Below, one piece after another: positions 1 through 9,271 of a stretch of 29,021 bases of DNA. Source of the DNA: Acaryochloris thomasi RCC1774 (GTDB lineage: Bacteria > Cyanobacteriota > Cyanobacteriia > Thermosynechococcales > Thermosynechococcaceae); NCBI RefSeq assembly GCF_003231495.1, contig NZ_PQWO01000037.1:1-29021 (forward strand). The letters run 5' to 3'. A model generated the notes under the pieces. That model saw nothing but the letters and a program-made list of their open reading frames with translations, was not told where the DNA came from and did not search any database. How positions within the stretch are numbered: the stretch's first letter is position 1; the number at the start of each line of letters is the position of its first letter. Position numbers and translations under genes: made by a program.

Positions 1-865
1 AAGCAAAGTGTCCAATGAGCGCGGGGCCATACTCAGCTCTATTCATCCAGCCTTGCAGTCGCCGCCGAATCGCGGTGGCCGACCCCAGCACCAGCAACGC
101 CTGCAGCATCTCGTCCTGGCCGGGTGCAATCGCTTTGGCGGTGTGGTTGCGATAGAGGGCCGGTTGATCGCGGTCGGCTAACCACTGGGCAGCAGCAGTA
201 TTGGCCGCAATCATAAATTCCTCAATTATGCGATGGCTATGGTACTTAGCATTGGGATTGGTGGAGAGTTTGCCTTCTTCATTGATGTATATGTTTTTAC
301 CGAAAGCTGATGCTCCAATAGCCCCTGTCGCCATCCGCTGCTGGTTCAGCTTGGCGGCCCACTGCTGGCATAGCTTTAGCGTATTGTGCCAGCGGAGTTT
401 GGGGCTTGCAATGGCGTAGTCGGCTTCAGCGTAGGCAAAGCGTTTGGCGCTACTCAGGCAGGACTCGAAAATCTTGCAGTTACTGACTGAGCCGTCATTG
501 GCTAACTCTAGTTCGAACGTAAGTGTGGCTCTCGGTTGTCCCTCCTGCAGGCTCAGTGTGGCCTCACTCAAGATCCTCGGCAGCATGGGGCTGTTGCCCT
601 GCTTGTGATATCGGGTTTGGGTGGTTGCGATCGCGCTGTAGTCGAGGGGGGTGTTCTGGGGGATGCGATCGGATACATCGCTGATGTGGACTTGGAGGGT
701 TGCGCCTGTATCTGTTTCTTCGCACCAGATCGCATCATCGAGGTCGAGGGAGGTGGGGCCGTCGATGGTAATGCCCTGGACTAGGATGCGATCATCGGCG
801 GCGGTTTGAGATGAGACCGCTTTGGCTTGGGTGATTGCTTCTGTTGAGAAACGCTGTTCAATCAC
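1..865 (-). CDS. RNB-domain exoribonuclease (RNase II/R family), paralog A; the 3' end lies beyond the window start
   Basis: Absent from the ORF track because there is no stop inside the window. Hand translation of the minus strand from GTG at 865 (in-frame TAG three codons upstream, GGAG about 12 nt upstream) stays open down to position 1. It reads MIEQRFSTEAITQAK..GITIDGPTSLDLDDAIW..HISDVS..GNSPMLPRILSEATLSLQ..HSHRIIEEFMIAANTAAAQW..ALIGHFA. DLDDA and HISDV are RNB catalytic motifs. The segment is collinear with 10250-11116. Confidence 0.8.
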   Translation of the reverse strand, partial: MIEQRFSTEAITQAKAVSSQTAADDRILVQGITIDGPTSLDLDDAIWCEETDTGATLQVHISDVSDRIPQNTPLDYSAIATTQTRYHKQGNSPMLPRILSEATLSLQEGQPRATLTFELELANDGSVSNCKIFESCLSSAKRFAYAEADYAIASPKLRWHNTLKLCQQWAAKLNQQRMATGAIGASAFGKNIYINEEGKLSTNPNAKYHSHRIIEEFMIAANTAAAQWLADRDQPALYRNHTAKAIAPGQDEMLQALLVLGSATAIRRRLQGWMNRAEYGPALIGHFA

Positions 866-1055
866 GGCTTGCTAGTCTCCTATCTATGAAGGTGCAAAGA
901 TTTCTAACACTATCGGCAAATCTGCACAAATTAACTGAATATCTATCAACAGGGAATTATTGATTCTATCTTTCGATAGGAAACACAAGGTAAGGACTGA
1001 GTTAACTTACTATCAACACTCTTCTGAACTCCGCACACTCTCATCGAGCAGACGC

Positions 1056-1265
1056 ATGTCTTCCTCTGTTCAGGCCAAGCTAATCGAATATCTGAGACAG
1101 GAGTTGACGATACCCAGTGAGTCTATCAACCTCGCGCTACGTCAGCAACCTGAACCATCGAGCCATCTGCACATTATCCTGTGGCAATACGGTCTGATCA
1201 CCCTAGAGCAGCTCGCCTGTGTCTTTGACTGGCTAGAGACCACCACTCCAGCTTTGACGCCCTAG
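1056..1265 (+). CDS. small cyanobacteria-restricted protein, DUF2949-like
   Basis: The ORF-track frame 960..1265 begins at TTG. I prefer the internal ATG at 1056 (MSSSVQAKLIEYLRQELTIPSESINLALRQ..ILWQYGLITLEQLACVFDWLE). The LWQYGLITLEQL..FDWLE signature matches my memory of DUF2949. This was not verified by search. Confidence 0.55.
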   Translation: MSSSVQAKLIEYLRQELTIPSESINLALRQQPEPSSHLHIILWQYGLITLEQLACVFDWLETTTPALTP

Positions 1266-1481
1266 CCATTCCCCCGCAATCTCAGGCTCTAGGGAAAAGT
1301 AGATAAAAATTCTTCCTGCCTCCAGAGCTGCTTCTTCTGAAGCGTATCGTTCTCCATCATGAAGCGCTGCCCCCTCCGGTGTTCTGACCCAGCAGCGGTA
1401 TTCATCGGCATCAGAATAGCTGACCCAAACAATCCAGTCTGGGAAGGTTGAAACGTGAATCAGTCTGACCTGAGCATTCAT
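1233..1481 (-). CDS. hypothetical protein (82 aa)
   Basis: ORF track. ATG start with GGAAG about 9 nt upstream, and a balanced, non-repetitive composition. It overlaps the 3' end of the DUF2949-like gene by 33 nt in convergent orientation. No family recognised. Confidence 0.4.
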   Translation of the reverse strand: MNAQVRLIHVSTFPDWIVWVSYSDADEYRCWVRTPEGAALHDGERYASEEAALEAGRIFIYFSLEPEIAGEWLGRQSWSGGL

Positions 1482-1526
1482 CTCAGTGCTTCCATTAGCC
1501 TCAAAGAAAGGGGCAAAAAATGGTGC

Positions 1527-1555
1527 TTGACCCTGTTATGGTATAAGCGTACTAT
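1527..1555 (+). promoter_or_regulatory. candidate sigma-70-type promoter for recA (TTGACC-N17-TACTAT)
   Basis: TTGACC at 1527-1532, a 17-nt spacer, then TACTAT at 1550-1555, about 65 nt upstream of the recA ATG. Sequence match only. Confidence 0.35.
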
Positions 1556-1620
1556 AAAGACCCACAGAACACCAGTCAGCACCTTCATAGGCACATCACT
1601 ACCCTTCACGAGAGAGAACT

Positions 1621-2670
1621 ATGGCTACCAGCGCGAATACAGATAAAGAGAAAGCCCTAGGAGTGGTCGTCAACCAGATTGAACGCACCTATGGCAAAGG
1701 AGCCATTATGCGCCTCGGTGATGCCGCTCGGATGCAGGTGGAAACCATTTCCACTGGAGCCTTGACCCTTGATATTGCCCTTGGTGGTGGTCTTCCCAAG
1801 GGACGCGTCATTGAAATCTACGGTCCTGAAAGCTCGGGTAAAACCACATTGGCCCTCCACGCGATCGCCGAGATTCAAAAAGACGGAGGTACTGCAGCTT
1901 TCGTTGATGCCGAACATGCCCTAGATCCTGTCTATGCAGGTGCTCTGGGTGTTGATATCGCAGAGCTTCTCGTTTCCCAGCCGGACTCAGGTGAGATGGC
2001 TCTGGAGATCGTTGATCAACTGGTGCGCTCCGCCGCCATTGATTTGGTGGTTGTTGACTCTGTTGCTGCTCTCACGCCCAGAGCTGAAATTGAAGGCGAG
2101 ATGGGGGATTCCCACATGGGCCTGCAGGCCAGACTGATGAGTCAAGCCTGTCGCAAAGTGACCAGCAATATCGCCAAATCTGGCAGTACAGTCATTTTCC
2201 TCAATCAGCTCCGGCAGAAGATCGGCGTCACCTACGGCAACCCTGAAGTGACCACTGGGGGCAATGCGCTCAAGTTTTATGCTTCGGTTCGACTAGATAT
2301 CCGTCGGATTCAGACCTTGAAGAAGGGCAATGAAGGCTATGGCAATCGTGTCAAAGTGAAAGTCGCCAAGAATAAGGTGGCTCCCCCGTTCCGCATTGCT
2401 GAATTTGATATCCTTTTTGGCCAAGGAATCTCCACATTGGGTTGCATTGTGGATATGGCTGAAGAGCACAACATCATTGTCCGCAAGGGAGCTTGGTACA
2501 GCTATGACGGCAACAACATTGCTCAGGGCCGGGAGAATACCGTCAAGTATTTAGAAGAGAATTCTGAGTTTGCTCAAGATGTAGAGCAGCAGGTGCGTGA
2601 GAAGCTCAAGCCAGAGCCAGCGGTAGAGCCTGAAGCAACTGCTGATGAAGAGGCCATCACTGCTTCATAG
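1621..2670 (+). CDS. recA: recombinase RecA
   Basis: 349 aa. Walker [10 protein letters not shown], Walker [11 protein letters not shown], and full-length collinearity with bacterial RecA ([63 protein letters not shown]). Confidence 0.97.
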   Translation: MATSANTDKEKALGVVVNQIERTYGKGAIMRLGDAARMQVETISTGALTLDIALGGGLPKGRVIEIYGPESSGKTTLALHAIAEIQKDGGTAAFVDAEHALDPVYAGALGVDIAELLVSQPDSGEMALEIVDQLVRSAAIDLVVVDSVAALTPRAEIEGEMGDSHMGLQARLMSQACRKVTSNIAKSGSTVIFLNQLRQKIGVTYGNPEVTTGGNALKFYASVRLDIRRIQTLKKGNEGYGNRVKVKVAKNKVAPPFRIAEFDILFGQGISTLGCIVDMAEEHNIIVRKGAWYSYDGNNIAQGRENTVKYLEENSEFAQDVEQQVREKLKPEPAVEPEATADEEAITAS

Positions 2671-2692
2671 ATACTCACGGTAGAACAGCTTC

Positions 2693-3529
2693 ATGTTTGA
2701 CAACACCTGTAAGTTCCTAGCGGAGGCATTTTCGAACGATTATGCTGCCTGGCTGTTGGGTCAGTCAGTCACCCTAACCCAGTTAAGCCCATCGGAACTT
2801 GCAGTAGAACCGATTCGTGCCGATGCCTTGATTCTTCTGGAATCGGACAATATCATCCTGCATTTGGAGTTTCAGACTGAAGCAGATCCAACAATGGCCT
2901 TTAGGATGTTGGATTATAGGACTCGTGCTTTCCGGCGCTTTCCGAGGAAGCAGATGAAGCAGGTGGTCATCTATCTGAATCCGACGACCTCAGAGCTGGT
3001 TTATCAAACAACGTTTGAAATACCGGGCACTCGTCATGAGTTTGAAGTTATTCGGCTGTGGGAGCAGCCCACTGAGCCGTTTCTTAATTCAGCGGGTTTA
3101 TTGCCTTTGGCGGTACTGACGCAGGCTCAAGACAAAGCCCAGATATTGCGACAAGTCTCTGCAAGGGTAGAGGCTATTGAGGATAAACGGGCGCAAAGCA
3201 ATGTGACAGCATCTGCCGCTATTCTGGCAGGGTTATCATTGGATAGGAACACCATCTACAAAGTGCTGAGGCAAGACATCATGAAGCAATCAGTGATCTA
3301 TCAAGATATTCAGCAGGAAGGTGAACAGAGAGGAGAGCAAACGGGTGCTCTCAAGGGTGAACGCTCCCTCGTCCTTCGTCTGCTTGCCCGCCGCATTGGG
3401 GAGATTCCGGCTGAGTTGCGATCGCAGATTCAATCGCTGTCTCTAGAGCAGACTGAGGCGCTGGGAGAGGCGTTGCTGGATTTTACAGAAAGGTCTGATC
3501 TCACAAATTGGCTGAAATCTCACGAGTAA
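2693..3529 (+). CDS. Rpn-family (YhgA-like) PD-(D/E)XK recombination-promoting nuclease / putative transposase with DUF4351-type C-terminal tail (intact copy)
   Basis: 278 aa. N-terminus MFDNTCKFLAE..EPIRADALILLESDNIILHLEFQTEADP (D..E.Q nuclease core), and C-terminus GEIPAELRSQIQSLSLEQTEALGEALLDFT, typical of the abundant cyanobacterial Rpn/DUF4351 proteins. Paralogous to 11212-12043. Confidence 0.85.
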   Translation: MFDNTCKFLAEAFSNDYAAWLLGQSVTLTQLSPSELAVEPIRADALILLESDNIILHLEFQTEADPTMAFRMLDYRTRAFRRFPRKQMKQVVIYLNPTTSELVYQTTFEIPGTRHEFEVIRLWEQPTEPFLNSAGLLPLAVLTQAQDKAQILRQVSARVEAIEDKRAQSNVTASAAILAGLSLDRNTIYKVLRQDIMKQSVIYQDIQQEGEQRGEQTGALKGERSLVLRLLARRIGEIPAELRSQIQSLSLEQTEALGEALLDFTERSDLTNWLKSHE

Positions 3530-3561
3530 TTCATACTGCGTCAACCGTTACGAGTTTTAAG

Positions 3562-4767
3562 ATGAAACTTCGCTCGATCGAGACAACACCCAGTCCGAAC
3601 TGCATGAAGCTGAATCTAGATGAACAGATTGGCACTAAGCCCCTGACCCTCAAAAAAGATGGCGAATTTATTGACGCACCAGAAGTCTTTCAGGACTTGC
3701 TTGCTCTAGAAGGGATACAGTCTGTCTTCTTAATGGGTGATTTCATCACGTTAACGCGCAAAGGGAATACGGATTGGCAACCCATCTTGTCAGAAGCAGG
3801 CAGTCTGCTCGGGCTTGCAGAAGAGGCAGATTCGAGCATCGGCGATAGTCTCGTCCAACGCCAATCCTCCTTCTCTGAGAATAAGGGTTCGTCTGCGCAG
3901 AGCCAGACTCAAAACTTCGGCCAGGTAGAAGTAGCTGTTCAGGTTTTTCGAGGCATTCCCATCCAAGTTCGTGTGATTTCTGGCGAGGGTGAGCAGGCTC
4001 GTGTCGCATTGCCAGAGCGGTTTAATCAGGCTCTCCAGAGAGCGATTGAATCAACCAATGCTGATTATGTTGTTGAGCGCCTCTGGTCCCCCTATCAACC
4101 ACAATTTGGGCCACCAAATGAAATTGCTCAACAGGTCGCTGAGGAGATCGATATTCTGATTGACGAGCCTGAATTAAATCAAATTGAGAAGTCAGCAATT
4201 GATCATGAGCGAGGGAAGGAAATTCCTCATTCTGAACAGTCTCAGCAAGTGTTGCTATCGGAACTCCGCGAGACTGATTGGAAGCGACGGCTCAAAGCGA
4301 TTCAGCAGATTGAAGTAGATTCAGAAACCTTCTCGGCAGTTGCAGTCGCTCTGAAAGATGAGCGCAACGGCATCCGCCGTTGGGCCACAGCCCTTTTGGG
4401 TGCAAGTGAAAATCCTGAAGCCCTCGATCCTCTATGTCAGGTATTACTCTCAGATCGTTCTCCCATCGTGCGACGGACAGCAGGGGATGCTCTCAGTGAT
4501 TTGGGAGACCCCAAGGCAGCTGAGACGATGATTAAAGCTTTGCAAGATTCTTCTAGCTTAGTCAGATGGCGAGCGGGTCGCTTTCTTAACGAGTTAGGAG
4601 ATACGAGTGCTGTCGCTCCCTTGAAGCAGGCTTCAGAGTTAGAAACTGAATTTGATGTTCGAGTCGAACTGATGGCTGCAATTGAACGCATTCAGGCCGG
4701 ACGAGAGTTACAAATGCCGATGTGGATGCGGATCAGTCAGGGTAGAGAGAAAGAATTGAAGGGATAG
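3562..4767 (+). CDS. Nfu_N (scaffold NifU N-terminal-like) plus PBS-lyase HEAT-repeat protein, resembling the conserved virulence factor C (CvfC) family
   Basis: The ORF track starts at 3508 and overlaps the upstream gene, so I prefer the ATG at 3562 (MKLRSIETTPSPNCMKLNLDE, Nfu_N-like). The C-terminal third has HEAT/PBS-lyase repeats (IRRWATALLGASENPEALDPL, VRRTAGDALSDLGDPKAAETMIKAL, VRWRAGRFLNELGDTSAVAPL). Confidence 0.8.
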   Translation: MKLRSIETTPSPNCMKLNLDEQIGTKPLTLKKDGEFIDAPEVFQDLLALEGIQSVFLMGDFITLTRKGNTDWQPILSEAGSLLGLAEEADSSIGDSLVQRQSSFSENKGSSAQSQTQNFGQVEVAVQVFRGIPIQVRVISGEGEQARVALPERFNQALQRAIESTNADYVVERLWSPYQPQFGPPNEIAQQVAEEIDILIDEPELNQIEKSAIDHERGKEIPHSEQSQQVLLSELRETDWKRRLKAIQQIEVDSETFSAVAVALKDERNGIRRWATALLGASENPEALDPLCQVLLSDRSPIVRRTAGDALSDLGDPKAAETMIKALQDSSSLVRWRAGRFLNELGDTSAVAPLKQASELETEFDVRVELMAAIERIQAGRELQMPMWMRISQGREKELKG

Positions 4768-4810
4768 AAACAGTTGTAGTCTACAAGTTCTCTAAGTTTA
4801 GTCGTGAAGC

Positions 4811-4930
4811 TTGAAATCGCAAATACAGTCGCTGACTCTGGAGCAGACTGAAGCATTAGGGGAGGCGCTGTTGGACTTTACAGAACGGGGCGATCTGGTG
4901 AGGTGGCTTGCACAGACCACGGACCCCTAA
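4811..4930 (+). pseudogene. orphan Rpn/DUF4351 3' tail fragment (39 codons, no nuclease domain)
   Basis: Hand translation from TTG at 4811, immediately after an in-frame TGA, gives KSQIQSLTLEQTEALGEALLDFTERGDLVRWLAQTTDP followed by a stop. This parallels the last ~38 residues of the Rpn genes at 2693-3529 and 11212-12043. Confidence 0.6.
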
Positions 4931-5065
4931 ATATTTAGTTACTTTCGAACATCTCAGGCTTTCAATACCGTTATTAATCAGGTAAAGATATTGTGTTCAA
5001 ACTTTCCGTGATTCAATAGAAGGGTTGATTTTCCAAAGATCATATATCCCTTCCTCAATCAGCCC

Positions 5066-5800
5066 ATGATTCAACATCGTATCGCTGTAGCTGCCAGAAA
5101 AGGTGGGGTTGGTAAAACATCAATTTCTAGTGGTCTTGCTTCTATCTTGAGCACCCAGGATAAGAAAGTGCTTCTTATTGACCTGGATCCACAGTCCAAT
5201 GCTGCTTATGCACTGGGCGTAGATCCCACTGCACCTGGAACAGCAGAACTTTTGACAGGGCAAAATCCGATACCGCTATCTGCAGCCAAAAACCTCGATG
5301 TCTTACCGGGTGGACCAAACCTGACTAGCCAACAAGTACAATCACTTCATCCAGAAGACCTTGCCGATTCGATCTCCACTCTGGATTATGATGCAGTATT
5401 GCTTGACTGTCCTCCAGGCAATGAAAGCTTAGAGCGCTTAGGAATAGTGGCAGCCAATATAGCCCTCGTGATTGCCAATGCCCACCCATTTGCCATCATG
5501 GGAGCTAATCGAGTCATCGGTATCCTTGAAGACTATTCCAGCAAAGGTAGACGGGGTGCCCAGCACTGGGCCATTGTAATGTCCCAGGTTGACGAACGCC
5601 GAGCAATGGATAAACAACTACCCGGTAAGTTGTTTGAAGTGTATAAGGACGTGAAAAATTTTACGATTCACCAAGATGTAAATATTGCCCAAGCAGGCGC
5701 TCAACAGCTTCCCTTGATGGAGTATGCATCGAATTCTCGCGCTGCCCAAGAGCTGACCCAAATCGTGCAGTGGTTTGAACAGCTTGAAAAATTAGCCTGA
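5066..5800 (+). CDS. parA: ParA/Soj-family partition ATPase
   Basis: 244 aa. Deviant Walker A AARKGGVGKTS, LLIDLDPQSNA and VLLDCPPG motifs. Followed after 40 nt by a ParB-like gene. Confidence 0.9.
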   Translation: MIQHRIAVAARKGGVGKTSISSGLASILSTQDKKVLLIDLDPQSNAAYALGVDPTAPGTAELLTGQNPIPLSAAKNLDVLPGGPNLTSQQVQSLHPEDLADSISTLDYDAVLLDCPPGNESLERLGIVAANIALVIANAHPFAIMGANRVIGILEDYSSKGRRGAQHWAIVMSQVDERRAMDKQLPGKLFEVYKDVKNFTIHQDVNIAQAGAQQLPLMEYASNSRAAQELTQIVQWFEQLEKLA

Positions 5801-5840
5801 CATATCTACTTGTAACCAAATCAATATTTTATGGAGCATC

Positions 5841-6638
5841 ATGGCAAGACCAAGACGTAGTAGTGCAGATATGGTGGATTCTGCAACCAAGGCAGGCACT
5901 GCCATCCAAAAGCAGGACCGTGCAGTAGAAGCACAAGCCCAGGAAGAGAAGGCAAAACCGTCATCATGGCCGTTAGAGAAGATACTTGATCGCAGTAGTA
6001 ATACCCGAGACATACAGGTTGAACATGTAGAAGAACTGATGGAATCGATTGCCGTCTTAGGTCTATTGGAACCTTTAGTCACGGATAACCGAGGCCGACT
6101 ATTAGCCGGTGCCCACCGCAGAGCCGCAATCCATCTCCTCAAAGATATAGATACCAAAGCTTACCGTAGACATTTCCCAAACGAGCTGGTTCCGGTACGA
6201 ATCATGCCCTTTGATGCAGAACAAGATCCAGACCTGGCACTTCAAGTTGAAGTTAGTGAAAATGAAAAACGTCGAGACTACACCCCCTCGGAAGTAAAAT
6301 CTCTTGCCGCACAACTCAAGGAAGCCGGGTATGTCGATGTAAAAGGTCGGCCACCCAAAAGTAAAAAAGCGCTCCGTCCAGCCTTGGAAATAATTATTGG
6401 TAAGAGCATTCGTACTGTCCGACGATATCTCAACACTGAGACAGGGAAAAGTGTGACAGATGTCCGCCTTTCTGAAACTGAACTTGAAATAACTGCTTTA
6501 AGGCGTCTGCGTTCTGAATTAGTCCGCTGGCAACGCTCCAGCCTAGAACCTGGTGTACAGGAACTAACGCCTATGGATAAGGATGTGGCCAAGCTGATTC
6601 GACGGATTAACCGCAAGCTTGATTCTGTTGAAGGATAG
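5841..6638 (+). CDS. ParB N-terminal-domain protein (partition/nuclease-like) with C-terminal HTH
   Basis: 265 aa. VEHVEELMESIAVLGLLEPLVTD..LLAGAHRRAAI resembles the ParB/Srx box (GxxRxxA). A possible HTH lies at IIGKSIRTVRRYLN. The position right after parA supports the call. Confidence 0.8.
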   Translation: MARPRRSSADMVDSATKAGTAIQKQDRAVEAQAQEEKAKPSSWPLEKILDRSSNTRDIQVEHVEELMESIAVLGLLEPLVTDNRGRLLAGAHRRAAIHLLKDIDTKAYRRHFPNELVPVRIMPFDAEQDPDLALQVEVSENEKRRDYTPSEVKSLAAQLKEAGYVDVKGRPPKSKKALRPALEIIIGKSIRTVRRYLNTETGKSVTDVRLSETELEITALRRLRSELVRWQRSSLEPGVQELTPMDKDVAKLIRRINRKLDSVEG

Positions 6639-6706
6639 TCTCAGTAGAGGGATGATTTTAATCTTGATGGTTTACCGGGTTGATCTAGAAAGCCGAGTAT
6701 CTCGAT

Positions 6707-7069
6707 GTGTTAGCTCTATTGCGCCAGCCCAAGGGCCGGAAGCCACCAGTTAAGCCTGATGACGGGATTGAATCTCGCGTTGCGATCGTGGAGAAGGAGG
6801 TGTTGCTGCAGGAGCTTGAGCTGCAGGAACCCGAAGAGGTGTTGAATGTGATCGAGGAAGAGAACGTGGGGGCTTGGGTGGATGCGATCGCACAGCATTT
6901 GGGCAATGGCAGAATCAATGTTTCTTTGGATGAGTTGCAGGAGCGGTTGGGGTTATCGCTGGGGCGGCTGTGGTTGGGCCTCTTGTTGGGCGGGGGCGGA
7001 TTTGCTCTGCAAGGAGATTGCGATCGCTTCTATGACGGAAGTATTAGGGTGAGCTGTACCGGATGGTGA
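6707..7069 (+). CDS. hypothetical protein (120 aa), third gene of the par cluster
   Basis: ORF track, GTG start. Acidic N-terminal half and a Gly/Leu-rich C-terminal half. It contains HIP1 sites like the native-looking genes. No family recognised with confidence. Confidence 0.4.
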   Translation: MLALLRQPKGRKPPVKPDDGIESRVAIVEKEVLLQELELQEPEEVLNVIEEENVGAWVDAIAQHLGNGRINVSLDELQERLGLSLGRLWLGLLLGGGGFALQGDCDRFYDGSIRVSCTGW

Positions 7070-7347
7070 CAATTAGGCAGGTTGCATCGAAACCAAAATC
7101 ATCGGAGATTATGCCCTCAAATGAGTTTGGCTACTCCGAGCTGACGGTTTCGCCCGCTCGTATACCATGTCAGCTAATTTGACAACAACATCCTGCTTTG
7201 ATCCCTCTGGGTAAGCCTTTCAAGACTTTTCTGTGCCACTAAGCCCGCAACCAGTAGAGCACCAAAAAAAACTGGATATCGTTGAGAAAAAGATGGGAAA
7301 TGGGAAAACTATTTCTTAGGTGCTGTCAAGATCTAGATTTATACTCC

Positions 7348-8646
7348 ATGAAAATTTTTCATCCAATAACGACTATATTGCTCAGTGCAGCCATACTAGT
7401 TTCAACCTCCTTTCAATCTGCCTATGCAAATAAAAAAATTGAGTGGATACTTCAACCCGTACTATTCGATGACCTTTATAAAGAGCAGCAATACACAGGC
7501 CATATAGGATTGCAATCACATCTAGAAACTCTAATTAAGCGTCATCCGAAGAATTCGAAACTGTACAACAATCGGGGACTAATTCACGCTCAATTTAATG
7601 AATTCACTAAAGCTGTATCTGATTTTGATAAGGCTATATCAATCAATCCATACAATGCCGCACCATACATCAATCGTGGGCTTGCTTATGCTTACTTGAA
7701 AGAAGATGCCAAGGCACTATCAAGTTTTAAAAAGGCCATATCAATCAATCCATATGAAGCAAGAACATATAATAATCGTGCGCTTATATATCTTGGTTTA
7801 AATAAATATTCTAAAGCAATATTAGATTACGATAAATCTATTTCCATCAACCCAAGAAATGCCAGAACATATTCTAGTCGTGGAGATGTCTACTCCATAA
7901 TCAATGAACATGACAAGGCGCTCTCCGATTATCAGGAAGCTGTTGAAAGGGGAGCAGATGATATCGATGTCTATGTCAATCGGGGAAATACTTATGCAAG
8001 ACTAAAGGAATATAACAAAGCGCTCTCCGATTATGCAATAGCTTTTGAAAAAGGTGCGAAAAGTCCCCATTTCTATAACAGTCGGGGAATTACTTACTTA
8101 GAAATAAAAGAATATGATAAAGCCCTTACTGATTTTAATCAATCGATTAAACATGGTGGATTATCAGATGGGTATTATAACCGAGGTCGCACCTACTATT
8201 TATTAAACGAATATGAGAAGGCCATCTATGACTACGAATATGCTATTAGTCTAAGTTCAAAAGGATTTGATTCCTCTATTGTATATCCCGCTCGTGGCCT
8301 TACCTACTACCGTTTGAAGGAATATCCTAAAGCCCTTTCTGATTTTGAAGAAGCTATTTCTCTTAGTCCTGAAAATCCTATAGTTTATAATCGGCGGGGC
8401 CTTGTTTATGCTGAATTACAGCAATATTTCAGAGCACTATCTGACTATAACAATGCTATTTCTCTAGATCCATTCTTTGGTGAAGCATACGCAAATCGAG
8501 GAACTGTTTATGCTTCAATGGGAAAGATAAATCTAGCGAGGCAAGATTTAAAAACTGCGGCAGATCTATTCAAGAAAGAGGGTAATGAAGAAGGATCTCA
8601 GATGTTAATTCAAACATACAAAAAGTACAATATAAGTCCAGAGTAG
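7348..8646 (+). CDS. secreted tetratricopeptide (TPR) repeat protein
   Basis: The ORF track begins at 7282. I prefer the ATG at 7348, which gives a signal-peptide-like N-terminus (MKIFHPITTILLSAAILVSTSFQSAYA). At least 10 tandem 34-aa TPR units follow (AxSDFDKAISINPxNAxxYxNRG). The gene is markedly AT-rich. Confidence 0.85.
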   Translation: MKIFHPITTILLSAAILVSTSFQSAYANKKIEWILQPVLFDDLYKEQQYTGHIGLQSHLETLIKRHPKNSKLYNNRGLIHAQFNEFTKAVSDFDKAISINPYNAAPYINRGLAYAYLKEDAKALSSFKKAISINPYEARTYNNRALIYLGLNKYSKAILDYDKSISINPRNARTYSSRGDVYSIINEHDKALSDYQEAVERGADDIDVYVNRGNTYARLKEYNKALSDYAIAFEKGAKSPHFYNSRGITYLEIKEYDKALTDFNQSIKHGGLSDGYYNRGRTYYLLNEYEKAIYDYEYAISLSSKGFDSSIVYPARGLTYYRLKEYPKALSDFEEAISLSPENPIVYNRRGLVYAELQQYFRALSDYNNAISLDPFFGEAYANRGTVYASMGKINLARQDLKTAADLFKKEGNEEGSQMLIQTYKKYNISPE

Positions 8647-8661
8647 ACCGAAATCTCAGAT

Positions 8662-8694
8662 TAGAGGGTTGCGTTGCAAAGTCGCAACCCTCTA
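8662..8694 (+). terminator. perfect 12-bp stem / 9-nt loop hairpin downstream of the TPR gene
   Basis: TAGAGGGTTGCG (8662-8673) pairs with CGCAACCCTCTA (8683-8694), 16 nt after the stop codon. There is no U-tract, so it may be a terminator or an RNA-stability hairpin. Confidence 0.45.
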
Positions 8695-8800
8695 GAATAA
8701 AGGGGGGTAGCTAGATTCAGGCAGTTGCTACAGTACGTTGGGTTGTCGGAAGATAGTGTCTTTTGGGGACTAATCCTGGGTTGTTTCGTCTTGAAGGGGC

Positions 8801-9271
8801 ATGGCGGATCATTCTATGGGAATGGTCTTAATAATCAATCAAAGAGAGTACTCATTTCTTGGAAAATCAATGAGTATTTCATTCAGGAAAGAGAGTGAGT
8901 GGCTTGGATATTTGCTCGTACTGCTGATAACGACTGGGTTGATGATGGCCACGTTTTCGTTGCTGCCGAGAGCCTCTATAAGTGTACTTACTGTGTTGAG
9001 CGGTTTTTGTGGACTGATAGGTCACGGATTCTCGCTAGATGATTCACTATTGTCAGTTGTGGCCCTGACTATTTCTTCTGATTACTTTGTGCTTGGGCCG
9101 TTCTTTCTCGGTTTCATTTGCTCATCTATACTAATGGTCCGGTTGATCGACTCCGAATGGTTGTCGCTGAGAGTTCTCAACTGCTCCAAGATATACAAGG
9201 CATGGTTCCAACTTTTTCCACTCTCGGTTGCTTGTCTGGCTAATGCTTCAGGTATGACCAATTTGTTCTAA
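8801..9271 (+). CDS. hypothetical membrane protein (156 aa)
   Basis: ORF track. Three to four hydrophobic segments (WLGYLLVLLITTGLMMATFSLL, VLTVLSGFCGLIGHGF, FVLGPFFLGFICSSILMV). The 3' end overlaps the convergent RNB gene by 32 nt. No family recognised. Confidence 0.4.
   Translation: MADHSMGMVLIINQREYSFLGKSMSISFRKESEWLGYLLVLLITTGLMMATFSLLPRASISVLTVLSGFCGLIGHGFSLDDSLLSVVALTISSDYFVLGPFFLGFICSSILMVRLIDSEWLSLRVLNCSKIYKAWFQLFPLSVACLANASGMTNLF

Noticed and set aside
201-784. Plus-strand ORFs 201..419 and 536..784
   Set aside because: They lie antisense to a continuous minus-strand reading frame with clear RNB motifs that I translated by hand from 865 to 1. They are shadow ORFs.
960-1055. Longer N-terminal extensions offered by the ORF track (960 for the DUF2949-like gene, 3508 for the HEAT gene, 7282 for the TPR gene, 19734 for CHAT, 26902 for RHH, 13728 for rep)
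   Set aside because: The extensions use non-ATG or poorly placed starts, overlap upstream genes, or precede an obvious signal peptide or conserved N-terminus. Internal ATG starts fit better. The choice remains unverified.
1482-1620. Search for a cyanobacterial LexA/SOS box upstream of recA
   Set aside because: The nearest candidate (GTACTATAAAGAC around 1549-1561) does not fit the RGTAC-N3-DGTWC pattern I remember. No convincing box was seen.
5792-6616. Minus-strand ORFs 5792..6157, 6102..6314 and 6278..6616
   Set aside because: They are antisense to the ParB-like gene, which has family motifs. Their Ser/Arg-rich composition is typical of shadow frames.
7070-7281. Possible IS/transposase remnant or structured RNA between the par cluster and the AT-rich TPR gene
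   Set aside because: Six-frame reading by hand gave only short peptides with no transposase signatures. A CGAGC...GCTCG stem is too weak to call.
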